From: Octopus vulgaris
Taxonomy: Eukaryota
NCBI GenBank assembly: GCA_951406725.2
Contig: OX597814.1
Span: 132,866,001 to 132,930,000, forward strand
Reading direction: 5' to 3'
Length of the DNA stretch: 64,000 bases
A program made the position numbers and the translations under genes. Positions 1 to 14,555 of this stretch are shown piece after piece. The notes under the pieces were generated by a model that did no database searches, was not told the origin of the DNA, and saw only the letters and a list, made by a program, of their open reading frames with translations. Position 1 is the stretch's first letter, and each line of letters opens with the position of its first letter.

Positions 1-11
1 ACATACATACA

Positions 12-50
<39 letters not shown>

Positions 51-489
51 ATATTGACTTTATCTTCCTCCTTTTACACGTTTTTTTCTCTTATCTAATT
101 TTCTAAGTCACACATCTATTTCTCCCACTGACATCAAAGAAAAAATTTACACCTTGTTTTCGTCTTCCACGACGTTGATTTCGATCATATGCGTTTCTTT
201 CTCTGTGTGTGTGTGTGTGTGTGTCTGTTGTGTGCTTATGTGTGTGTTTATTTCTGTGTGTATGTGTGAGTGTTTGCGAGTGCGTGTGTGTGAGGGTTTT
301 TGTGTGTGTGTGTGTGTGATGTCTACATATTTACTGATTTATGACTATTCGCTTTCAATTTCTTTCCTGTTTGGTTTATTGCTCATCTATAGCTCTATAT
401 AATCTCTCACTACTCTCTTTTCAAGCTGACTTAGCACGTTTTGTCAAGCCTTCCTCTATTATTTATTTCTTTTCACAGTTCTTCTTCCT

Positions 490-613
490 CTTCCCTTTCC
501 TCTTCCTCTCTCTCTCACTCTCTCTTCCTCTCTCTCTCCCTCTCTCTCTCCCTGTCTCCCTGTCTCTCTCCCTCTCTCTCTCCCTGTCTCCCTCTCTCTC
601 TCACTCTCTCTAA

Positions 614-641
<28 letters not shown>
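490..641. repeat. (CT)n-rich simple repeat
   Basis: Directly visible CT/CCCT tract; explains the LSLSLS and RERERE ORFs. Confidence 0.95.
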
Positions 642-644
<3 letters not shown>

Positions 645-1199
645 GTTCTCCCTTTCTGTCTTGTCTTTCTCACAACAGTGTGTCTCTTCCTTTGGTAACA
701 TTATCCTTGGAAAAAGTTTGAGAGAATTTTACCTGGATTTCCTCCTTTAGTTTTATGCTTATATTTTTGCTCATCCATATGCCAACAATCCCTTGTCTGT
801 GGTTTTAAAAAGAAGGCAAAAGAAAATTCAAAATCAAAATGAGAAAGGAAACAATTTCACAAATCAAAAAAAGATACTAATATAAATACTAGTTGTGGGA
901 AAAAACGTATCTCATTTTCGAAATCCGCCGTCTTCTTGCCGTAAATATAAGAAACTAGCAACTAAGTATGGCCCTGATATAATCAACTAAACACTTCTTC
1001 ACAAAATATATGGCTTCCTCTATATGATAAATCAATACAGAATAAGATTAAGGGACATTTCTCCAAATTAACCTTAAAAGACCGAAACAAGATTTTCTCG
1101 GTTACCTACAAAGGATCCACACGTATGTTTAACAAAAGTAATTTATAAACAAATATATTCAACTCTTTTCCACACTACTAAGAAATTTCATGAAAAATG

Positions 1200-1364
1200 A
1201 AGCAGGCTGTGTGGTAAATAGATTGATAACCAATCACATGGTTCCGGGTTCAGTCCCACTGCGTGGCACCTTGGGCAAGTGTCTTCTGCTATAGCAACGG
1301 GCCGACCAATGCCTTGTGAGTGGATTTGGTAGACGGAAACTGAAAGAAGCCTGTCGTATATATG

Positions 1365-1395
<31 letters not shown>

Positions 1396-1608
1396 TTGTG
1401 TGTCTGTGTTTGTCCCCCTAGCATTGCTTGACAACCGATGCTGGTGTGTTTACGTCCCCGTCACTTAGCGGTTCGGCAAAAGAGACCGATAGAATAAGTA
1501 CTGGGCTTGCAAAGAATAAGTCCCGGGGTCGATTTGCTCGACTAAAGGCGGTGCTCCAGCATAGCCGCAGTCAAAGTATTTGAAACAAGTAAAAGAGTAA
1601 AAGAGTAA
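1200..1608 (+). mobile_element. tRNA-derived SINE with internal (TA)n/(TG)n microsatellite (family A)
   Basis: Head with A-box-like GGCTGTGTGG and B-box-like GGTTCAGTCCC, CORE-like CCTTGGGCAAGTGTCTT, central microsatellite, 3' tail ending in (GTAAAAGA)n. Homologous copies at 8541-9309, 19581-20650 and 46505-47175. Confidence 0.85.
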
Positions 1609-2781
1609 ACAGAATGTAAAATTCAGTGCATTTCTGAAACAAAGCAGACTTCTCTAGAAAGCGAAATTTTGTGTATGAAAATTTTAACCGCATTTCCTAA
1701 ACTATGGTTGTGACACTATAAATTTCACCAGAAATATAATATTAATCCTCAGAAATCAGATTACTCTTTTTATAAAATATAAATATTTAAGATAAATTAT
1801 ATAGACGTTCGGGATTAGTTTTTATCATTTGGGTAGTCGGTTTGAGTGCGGTGGGCGCACGAAGAAGATGCCGCTAATTTTTCTTGTTCATTTACTGTGT
1901 CGACCGATGCATATGGATCCAGAACAGGACAATAATCAAGATATTGTTTAAAACATCTTATTAAGAGCTAATTCCCTGAATACTGATATCAATGGGAACC
2001 TCGCTACATGTTTATATTTATTTATTTATTTATTTATCTATTTTCCTTGTAACATGTATAAAATTGGATGTACATTTAATTTTCCTCTCTGACACTATTC
2101 TTACCAGGTCAAAATATCCATTTTATTAACATCATTTCTTTTAAATTTTTTTCTGACCATTTTTTTAAACAAGAAGTGCCCATCCAGTTTCAATAAAATT
2201 AAACGAAACAAAAATACCTGTAATCAAACTAGTGTTCCGTCGAATACAAAGACATAAGTAATAAAATATCAAGAAATGTAGAGAAATGCATACAAGACTA
2301 CTTAGAGCTGGACATATCATGGCGAATATGTATATTTAAGTTTCATTACCGTTAGTAATAACAATCATTTACTATTATGCATTATTTGCCGCACTGAATT
2401 ACTAAAATAAGTACGCAGAAACATCGAAACTAAAACGACGTTTCGATAGTCAATAACTAGATAATACCAATGAATATTTTTGTAAATAGCACTCTCCTCC
2501 AAACGCACACATACATACGCACAAATCACACACTCTCAGGAAATGTAACTAATAAAAAGAAAAAAAACAACAGTTTTCGTATGTTACGAAGTTTCAAAAC
2601 TTTTAACTGCAGTGGAGTATTCACATGCCATTGGAGAAAATTTATTATTCCTTGTACTGAAAATTTGTACCACAGCGATTATATAGAAAAGGAAGATGAT
2701 TTAATACCTACAGTTTTTTATCCAGCAATACTGTTAAACGCAGTATTGAAGGCATGGCGAAAGTAATAATGGAAACTCACG

Positions 2782-2784
<3 letters not shown>

Positions 2785-2852
<68 letters not shown>
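2785..2852. repeat. (TTA)n/(TAA)n microsatellite
   Basis: Direct observation. Confidence 0.97.
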
Positions 2853-3302
2853 GAGTGAGAGAGCAGTTCATGCCATCAAAGTGACACTGGGGTAAAATAT
2901 ACGAAGCCCAATATACCCATCATGACTACCCGTCTGATAAAGGTACACCAGGCACATGCATCACAACCATATGTGCGCGACATGGTGATCTCATATCAAG
3001 ATAAACAGCACATGACCTTGCAGGTGGGGCCCAGATATAATTTTCTTCAGGTTGAGTAGCCAATCCTGCTCAAAAGGTCCCTGAATAAGGGTTGCTTTAG
3101 GATGTTGAACGAAACACCTATGTTTCCAGAGGTGAATTATTCAAACACCAAAGAATCCCTCTCAACACATGGCCATGATGCTTCCCCACTACTTCTGCTC
3201 GTGATCAGAGATGTACATATCGTCAACCACTAAGGGACATGCTCAACTGGTTAAGGCCAAACAATTGACAAGCAAATCTGTGGTATTGAGCAGAATATTT
3301 GC

Positions 3303-3304
<2 letters not shown>
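2853..3304. mobile_element. ~450 bp non-coding element bounded by (TAA)n arrays; possible non-autonomous Dong-dependent retroelement
   Basis: Complex, more GC-rich sequence with sharp junctions to (TTA)n on both sides (2785-2852 and 3305-3345), adjacent to the 3' end of the Dong LINE. Confidence 0.55.
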
Positions 3305-6549
<3,245 letters not shown>

Positions 6550-7333
6550 GCAGGACACTCACATTATTCATTACAAGTAGATAAGAGCAAAAACAATGTA
6601 AATAATTCTAAATTTATGCAAGATGTCTTATTAAAGATCCCATTTAAGAATATTATATGGTTTTTTAACCCCTTCCATTAAAAACCATTACTGAAAAAGA
6701 GTAAGTTTATAAATCAGTCTGTCGTTAAATAAACCATTGAGTAGGAAATGTGTTAGACCAGATAACAGTTTGTGATTGAAAACACAGTGGATTGTTCCAG
6801 AGACTCCGCATAAATGTGTCAAGTTGTATTCAGGTGTAGCTTTCGTTGAGATTTAAGTGTAACTCATAAATCCTTCAGGAAATTTTAAGCTTTACAAATA
6901 ATATATCAGGTCCGTTGGATAGCAAGATATTTAGAAATACAAAAGTTAATACAAACATTTTTTACATAGAGAATCGCAAAGGCTACAAAAAAGAAAAGTC
7001 TTGAAAGGACGTCTTGATTAAAAAAAATAAATGTTATTGTGTCCTGGTCAACATGCTATATGTGGATTAGATATATTTTTTTGCTAAGGATAGATTTAAT
7101 GAATATATGACTGGTTAGAGCGATTTTACTAAATATGAAGTAGCAAAGCACAAGCATAAATATTCGAACCCCGCTTCATCAGCTCTTGTTTGAGCATCGT
7201 ATTGTATTAACCTCAGATCCTTCAGTAGCAATTTCTCTTTAGATATAAGGATTTCTCCCTCTGCGTATTCAATCTTTTCGATTGTACCTTGTCATAGGAA
7301 CGAGCGAAAGAGTGAAAGAAGGAAAGAGATGGA

Positions 7334-7394
7334 GAAGAAGAAGAAGAAGAAGAAGAAGAAGAAGAAGAAGAAGAACAAGAAGAAGAACAAGAAC

Positions 7395-7474
<80 letters not shown>
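7334..7474. repeat. compound (GAA)n-(GTA)n microsatellite
   Basis: Direct observation. Confidence 0.95.
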
Positions 7475-7736
7475 ACAGAAAAAGGGCAACAACAGCAGCA
7501 GGAGAGACGAAAATAGGCAGATGTAAGAATAAGAAAAAAGTAAAAAAAGAAAAATTTGAGAAAAAGGATGTATAAAGTGGAAGTCGAAGTTATTTCCGAA
7601 AATTACATGGGACAAGAAGAGAACATAAATGTAAGAGAATGAGGAAGAGGTAATATGACGATAATACGTTTAGAACATTACTTAAAGCCGAGAAAAATAA
7701 CACATTGGCATTCATAACTACATTTACAATACCTGT

Positions 7737-8122
7737 AATGGAAGCACTCCGTCGGTTACGACGACGAGGGTTCCGGTTGATCCGAATCAACGGAACAGCC
7801 TGCTCGTGAAATTAACGTGTAAGTAGCTGAGCACTCCACAGACACGTGTACTCTTAACGTAGTTCTCGGGGATATTCAGCGTGACACAGAGAGTGACAAG
7901 GCCGGCCCTTTGAAATACAGGTACAACAGAAACGGGAAGTAAGAGTGAGAGAAAGTTGTGGTGAAAGAGTACAGCAGGGATCACCACCATCCCCTGCCGG
8001 AGCCTCGTGGAGCTTTAGGTGTTTTCGCTCAATAAACACTCACAACGCCCGGTCTGGGAATCGAAACCACGATCCTATGACCGCGAGTACGCTGCCCTAA
8101 CCACTGGGCCATTGCGCCTCCA
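7737..8122 (-). mobile_element. tRNA-derived SINE (family B head, tail type 1)
   Basis: Minus strand starts GGAGGCGCAATGGCCCAGTGGTTAGGGCAGCG...GGTTTCGATTCCC (A and B boxes). The same head occurs at 31633-31939, 37275-37581 and 62940-63252. Confidence 0.88.
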
Positions 8123-8540
8123 ATACCTGTAATAATAGTTGAGGGATAACGAAGTCTTGAAGTAAAAGACAACTAGGAAGTCTACGACTGAATATACACT
8201 GTGACAAATAGTTTTGCATTTCCCATTAACAATGATTTCGAGCCCCAGCATGGCCACAGCTCGTGAGCTGAAACTAGATAAAATAAAATAAAAATAATAA
8301 ATGAGAATCGTATCAGCCAATATCTAATAGCACCATCACCACCAGTTGCTACGTCAATTTAAACGTCCATCTATCCAAATATATGAAAATCTAGTAAGCA
8401 TCAAACGAACTCATATCGTCAGGTAATACAGCTATCCATTGTTTTGGCGCAAAGCTTAACTTATTACGGTTAATCTAACTCTTCGCGCCAGATTTTTTCC
8501 AACAAGCATGAACTGGTTCTACGTGCCTATTACAGTATAC

Positions 8541-8755
8541 TCTCTCTTTTACTTGTTTCAGTCATTTCACTGCGGCCATGCTGAAGAACCGCCTTTCGTC
8601 GAGCAAATCGACCCAAGAACATATTCTTTGTAAGCCTATTACTTATTCTATCGGGCGCTTTTGCCGAACCGCTAAGTTACGGGGACGTAAACACACCAGC
8701 ATCGGTTGTCAAGCAATGTTGGGGGGACAGATACAGACACACAAACACACACACA

Positions 8756-8841
<86 letters not shown>

Positions 8842-9309
8842 TAAATGAAAAGAATGGAGTCGAACGAAGATTTTAACAAAATTCCTTTACCTTCGACATG
8901 TTTCGAAGACTATACCCTTATTCCGAAGGAATGAAGTCTTCGAAACATATGTCGAAAGTGAGGATTTGTTAAAATCTTCGTTCGACTCCATTCTTTTCAT
9001 TTATTCATATAAAAACACACTTTCCACACACGAACACGGGGTTCTGCCCTTGGCATGTAACTCAACCGTGTTTTACTGACGTGAATTTGCTACCACATCC
9101 ATTAACCGAATTATTCATACTAGGATAATTCATTAATATATATATATACATATATTCGACGGGGGCGTCTACCAAATCCACTCACAAGGCTTTGGTCGGC
9201 CAGAGACTGTAGTAGAAGACACTTGACCAAGGTGCCACGCAGTGTGACTGAACCCGGAACTATGTGGTCGGTAAGCAAGCTACTTACCACACAGCCACTC
9301 TTGCGCCTA
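8541..9309 (-). mobile_element. family A SINE with an insertion in its central microsatellite
   Basis: Reverse complement of the 1200-1608 element: tail at 8541-8740, head at ~9155-9309, with a foreign 8837-9135 segment in the (TA)n. Confidence 0.85.
8837..9135. mobile_element. Penelope-like/retrozyme-type fragment (family H1) with ~75 bp inverted repeat
   Basis: Arms 8837-8912 and 8935-9008 are reverse complements. Homologous to 46701-46935 and 55417-55706. Flanked by (TA)n. Confidence 0.7.
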
Positions 9310-10245
9310 TACAAGCAATACTCGACACATTTCACACTAAAGTGAATATAATTAGTAGCTCATATTCATTTTGAAATGTATACAATAATCTAGACTAGTA
9401 ACATGTAGATATGTTATATGTCGTTGTCTGAACACATTTTTGTAAAGGCCATTCCAGCCGCAATCATTCCGTTTTTTTTAAATTTTTACATAGGATATTA
9501 TTCAATGTATCCTTCATTTTTTTTAAAGTTGGTAGAATATCTATATATACATATTCTATGAACTTTTTGATTAACTTCCCTGTTAATTTTCGCACGCTAA
9601 GCGACCTTGGATAGATTATCTGAAAAATTATTTGATCAGATGAATACGATTTGGTTCCTTAGTTTCATGGAAGTGAAATACATTTCACATTCTATTATAC
9701 GGTTGTTATTAAAATAGTTTATTATATTGTGCCATAAATATGTTTATTATAAAACTGTGTTCAAAATTTCAATATTCGTCTAAGAAAGTCTGAATCTTAG
9801 TGTAAATGTGTTGATAATTCATAATGAATACACAAAACACGCACGCATATTCTGATCTAGCTTACTCTCTTAATAAAAGGACTAAATCAACTTTATGCCT
9901 TGTGCTTGGAAAGCTCTCTGCTTATCTGACATAATTTTGCTTGTTCGTTCGTTTCCACGTTACGCTTTCGTTTGTTAGAGAGAGGAGATGATGAAGTGAA
10001 AGGTGGAGTAAGAGTGACAGGGAGGAAGGTGAGAGAGGGAGATGAAGGGTGAATGAGAGCGAATGAGTCTGGGAGGGATGAGTAGGCTAGCAAAAAGCCA
10101 GTTCTACTAGTTAGTGGAAGTGAGAGGTGAAATGTTAACGTGAAGAGGTATATTACCGGTTGAAAAGTTTGTTGAAATCAGAGGTAGAGAGAAAGAGAGA
10201 GAGATAAAGAGCTTGGCAGAGGAAAATCTTAAAACCATATGATAC

Positions 10246-10292
10246 ATTATTGCAACTGGAAATAATGTATCATTATTTCCAGTTGCAATAAT
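10246..10292. repeat. perfect 22 bp inverted repeat with 3 nt loop
   Basis: ATTATTGCAACTGGAAATAATG-TAT-CATTATTTCCAGTTGCAATAAT. Confidence 0.95.
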
Positions 10293-10530
10293 AAAAATAC
10301 AGCCTCTGGATGTTATTTTTATTTTAATTTGCAATAGAATTCAAAAATATAATCGTGTAAATAACAGCATTTTCTATATTCTTTATATAGTTTTTTGTAC
10401 TTTTTTTATATATTGTAAATAATTATGATAAATTATTGCGCAATAAGGAATATGCAATTGTATGTTGATCTTGCAGTTTCAAAAGAATCAAATGCTAACG
10501 AATGATATGCGTATTAAGATTTATATGCAA

Positions 10531-11274
10531 CTGGCAAACGCACCCGTCCTTCGGACGGTTTAAGTTGCTTTGGTGGTAAGTTCACAAGTGATGCAAAGTA
10601 AAGACATTGAAGTATTCTAGGAGTAGATTACGGGTAATGACTACAACATATAGTATAGTTGTTTTACATGAAAGCGAAATTTCTTGTTAGAAAAAGTCAC
10701 ATAAATGGTGTAAGTAAATTGAAGGAAGACGTTGAAACTTCCCCTCTTGAGTTTATTTTATTCAACAACAAAGGGAAATATTTTTTCGAAGGGATAAGCT
10801 AACAAAAGCCCTTTTATTCTGTCTTCCCACATAGCCTGCGCATAAACTAAAAGTGAATAACTCATAAAGTTAAACTGGTGTAGAGCTTTCTGAAAGATAG
10901 GTACAGCTTTCGCTAGTGGAAGCAAAACTCTTATTTAAAGACGACAATTCAAAGAAACAATGGACAACAGTCGAAATATCATAATGGATAGGTAAATAAG
11001 CATCCTTAAAGTGACACAATGCATTCGTACGTAACCAAAGATATCAAAAAATAGAAGAGAGGGAAGAGAACATCACCTTTCAAGTAACTCAGAATAGGTA
11101 AAGTTATGCATACCAAAGTTTAAAGCAGTTTAAATATGGAAATTAAGTTATAGTGCATGACCACGCTTGGGACATAAGTGATGTGTGTGGATAGTTTGGT
11201 GAAAATTCGTTGAGAATTGTGAAAATGTATACGTTAATCATTATACATACATACTGAGTTTTATATATACTAGA
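10531..11274 (-). mobile_element. non-autonomous Helitron
   Basis: Minus strand 5' end A|TCTAGTATATATAAAACTC; 3' hairpin CCGTCC-GAA-GGACGG followed by ...GCCAG|T (CTAG variant). The 5' end resembles that of the 58455 element. Confidence 0.65.
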
Positions 11275-12499
11275 TAAGAATGCAAATTGTCCTTCCTTTC
11301 TTAAATAGCTCCTCTTAACTTTTTAGCTCCGTGGAATTTCCACGGATCACGCTTTTAAATAATAAAAGTACCAAATTAATACTTTCGAGCATTCAGTTCC
11401 TAAAGTGGACATTTTTAAATGTTATACTGTATGTTTGAGAATTTAAATAAAGGCTGCTTTTATGAAGTCAAAAGAAAGTGATGGTAATAGTAAGCGATTT
11501 ATTTTAGTACTGAATATGTACAACTTGATGTCCAGATTGGAAATCCATAGAATAAGAAAAGTACCGGTGCGCTAGAAATCAATGAACAATAGTTTTGGCG
11601 AAGATATTTATGCAATGAGTTTATGAACAATTTCTTAGTTTAACGTAAGGGACTCACAACTGAAACTAAATATTTATTGATATTTCAATTCCTCATTAGT
11701 TGATGCTGCTTTCCAATTGTATGGTAACTAAATATATACCAGTAATATTTCGAACTTAAAAACTTTCGTAAAAACAATAGCCTTTTTTTCAACGTATACA
11801 TGCAACACTTAGATTCTATCCCATGGCAAGCTCTTTAGAAAAGTGATAAATTCTCCAAAGTATGAGCCAACAATCTAGGTTTCATTTCCTGTTGACACTA
11901 ATTTATATGTAGTTTTCTACATTCTGAGAAAAGCCAAGATATTAGATTGCGAAATTTATTTACAGCATCTTTACTTTAATGAAACAAACTTTTATTCGGC
12001 GCGTTTATAGTCAAAATATTTTATCACAGTAAATATTGTTTTAATGGCAGTGTGACAACTAGAAATAACTATGATTTAGATATTCAAATGTAACCTAAAC
12101 CAGGACAGCCATTTAATATTCTGTAAAGATAGACATTATTTTGAATCACAAATATATAAATGTAAATGCCAAATATTCAAGGTTCCATCTCGATTTCCCG
12201 ATATTAGCAATTATCTAATCAATCATGATGATAAAGTTATTATGACAGAATAGAACCCAACTTATCAGTGACGCAAAATTTCCTGCAGACAAATGCAATA
12301 CATTACATCTTAGCTATTATTTTTATCACTCTTTTTCAATTCTTTCGTTACACTTTAGCTTTAAGGGATATAGCGATCAATTTATTAACTACAGGGTGCA
12401 TCGGGAATTTGTGAAAAAAATTGGGGTTTAAAATTGGAAACAAGTGAAATGTATTCTTACGTGACACAAGCTCAAATTTAACCTCCTCATTTCTATATA

Positions 12500-13620
12500 A
12501 GACATGTCAGACTCCAATCTAACCAGCAGCTGCCAACCACAATAGCATGAAGATGGTCAGCGTTATTAATGTAGCTGTGTTCTTCGGTTAAGTATTAAGA
12601 AAACATATCTGCAGTCAAAAGAGCAAAAGATCCTCAGTAATCAAACTTTGTTATGACGACCGAGTTTGTCTATCATGTCCGGAAGATATCCTAAGGCAAA
12701 CACTATGGATCGATGAGCAACATCAACTATCAGCTCCAAAAAGTGGATTTCAGTATCATACATGTGGTGCACGAAGACATCAAGCACAAATACTGCGAAA
12801 ATATTGGTAAAACAATGTATGAGGAAAGCTACGGGGGAGCGGATAGGTGAACACTAGCGAGATTTCAGAGGGGGAGAAAACCTTGTCAGTGCTCTATCAA
12901 CTTTCTCAATTAGAACATACAGACTCGGTTAGTAATATAGAGGTTAAGGTATTATCCACACATAGAAAAGACACGACACTTAGACATATTACAGAGGCCA
13001 CACACATAGCAGTAGAGAGATTGAGCCTCAAAAGAAATCATGAATAAAACAATAAAACCGCACCACCACACTATGCAGCATGACAACTAAAAACAGAATT
13101 TGAGAAAAAAGACATACATACAAACAGTATAATACATAAACCCATATACAAACACAAAAGACACACATAGCTAAGACAGAATGAGAGAAAAAGGAAATAA
13201 GGAAATAAATGAAAAAGAAAAAACTAAATAAAGAATACGAGTATAAAAAGTATAGTAAGTAAACTCATATACACACACACACATGCAAAACACATAGACG
13301 CGCGTGCACACACATGCACGCAACACGCACACACAAAGATACTGACGCAAACGGATGCGCAGATGAGGATACACAGTATAGAAAGACAGAATGGACTAAA
13401 CAGAACAGGAAGTGACACGTGAGATAGAGAGTCGCTGAAGCGGTCACAGGATGTGTGACGAAAGAGTTCAGACAAAGGATACAAAAGTAACAAGAGCACT
13501 CAGAGAGCGCAAACCTCCGCCAAGGCAACACAAACGTCCTCTCAACGATTAGCCAGTGAGGATTTTTAAAATGAGAAAATCTGAAATAAACGCTAAATAA
13601 ACGAGAATACTAAAAAATGA
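12500..13620 (+). mobile_element. decayed Penelope-like element 3' part (GIY-YIG endonuclease relic + 3' region)
   Basis: Broken reading IGKT...RKATGERIGEH*RDFRGG..SAL followed by IEVKVLSTHRKDTTLRHITEATHIAVERLSLKR (ORF 12847-13047), typical of the PLE GIY-YIG C-terminus. Downstream hammerhead-like motif at 13431-13473. 5' boundary approximate. Confidence 0.65.
13431..13473 (+). ncRNA. degenerate hammerhead ribozyme motif in PLE 3' region
   Basis: GTCG-CTGAAGC-G-GTCACA ggatg TGTGAC-GAAA-GAGTTC-AGAC; a related copy at 25995-26032 has CTGAAGA. Confidence 0.45.
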
Positions 13621-14327
13621 ACCCGACCGTTCTCGGAGTTGATAATAAAACTGAACAAGTGTGTTTTTCTGCCCAAACAAAATGATCATCCCGAAATGTT
13701 ACAGTATCTGTTTCAACATCAGGAATCTTGCAAAACAAATACATAAATGTAACAATTCTTTAAATTACTTTCATAATAATACATTTAGACAAAATCGCGG
13801 AAAAAAAACATGACGTTTTGCTACTCAACTTTTGGAGTATTTCAAATACTCCATCTAGCTCTACTAAATTATGACAGCAGATGATTCTATCTGCGTTTCG
13901 TATTTCTTCAAATGATAACAAAATTCCCATGTTTTGATTAAGTATTATTTTGTACGAAATTAATCAAATATTTTCTCCTGTAATCATGATGTTTTATTTT
14001 ATTTATAAAGCTTCTTTCAAAACAATAGCAACAGCTACGTTAAATTTTTTCTCGCATTCATCAATGATGCAATAGAACAGGTAAGTCGATATTTCATCAT
14101 CTTTTTGTTAATCAAGATGTGCAATATCTATTGATTTAATACTCCATAACAATATACCTCAACTTGCGCATAGATGGGATTTTCATAAATTCAATGAACA
14201 ATGTATACAGATTTTTTCTTAATTTGTTTCGCTAAGAAATTGCCTTTAACAAAGGTTTCAATCAATTCTGTAAACTAAAATCATATATGTTATGAAAGCC
14301 ACGCAAATTAGGTATTTAGTACATTGA

Positions 14328-14555
14328 AGCGGCGTAAGGGTGGTGGATTGGCACATGCACCAGAGGCCCTATCAAAATTCACTGCGGTAATTATTCCGAC
14401 TCAATTCATTCTGTATTTACATGCAGCGGATATTAACTTCCCTTTACTTGCCTTAGTTGTCGATAAAGTAAAGTATGAATGTGTTACTGGGGTCCGTGAT
14501 ATTAAATAACCACTTCCAACAGATTTCAAGTTTTGTACAGATGTTAGAAACAATT
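14328..14555 (+). mobile_element. decayed Meta-domain-type SINE (family C)
   Basis: Diverged match to 39785-40030 (..GTCGATAAAGTAAAGTA..CTGGGGTC..ttagaaacaatt). Confidence 0.55.

Noticed and set aside
6745-7056. Possible MITE with short TIR-like ends
   Set aside because: Inverted match is only ~16 bp with mismatches and no TSD is evident.
8050-8122. tRNA genes (also ~31870-31939 and ~63180-63252)
   Set aside because: A/B boxes are attached to SINE bodies and tails and do not give a convincing full cloverleaf.
13990-14086. Possible exon ending CAG|GTAAGT (similar donor at ~45850)
   Set aside because: Short open frame with no recognisable protein and a weak acceptor; donor-like words are expected by chance.
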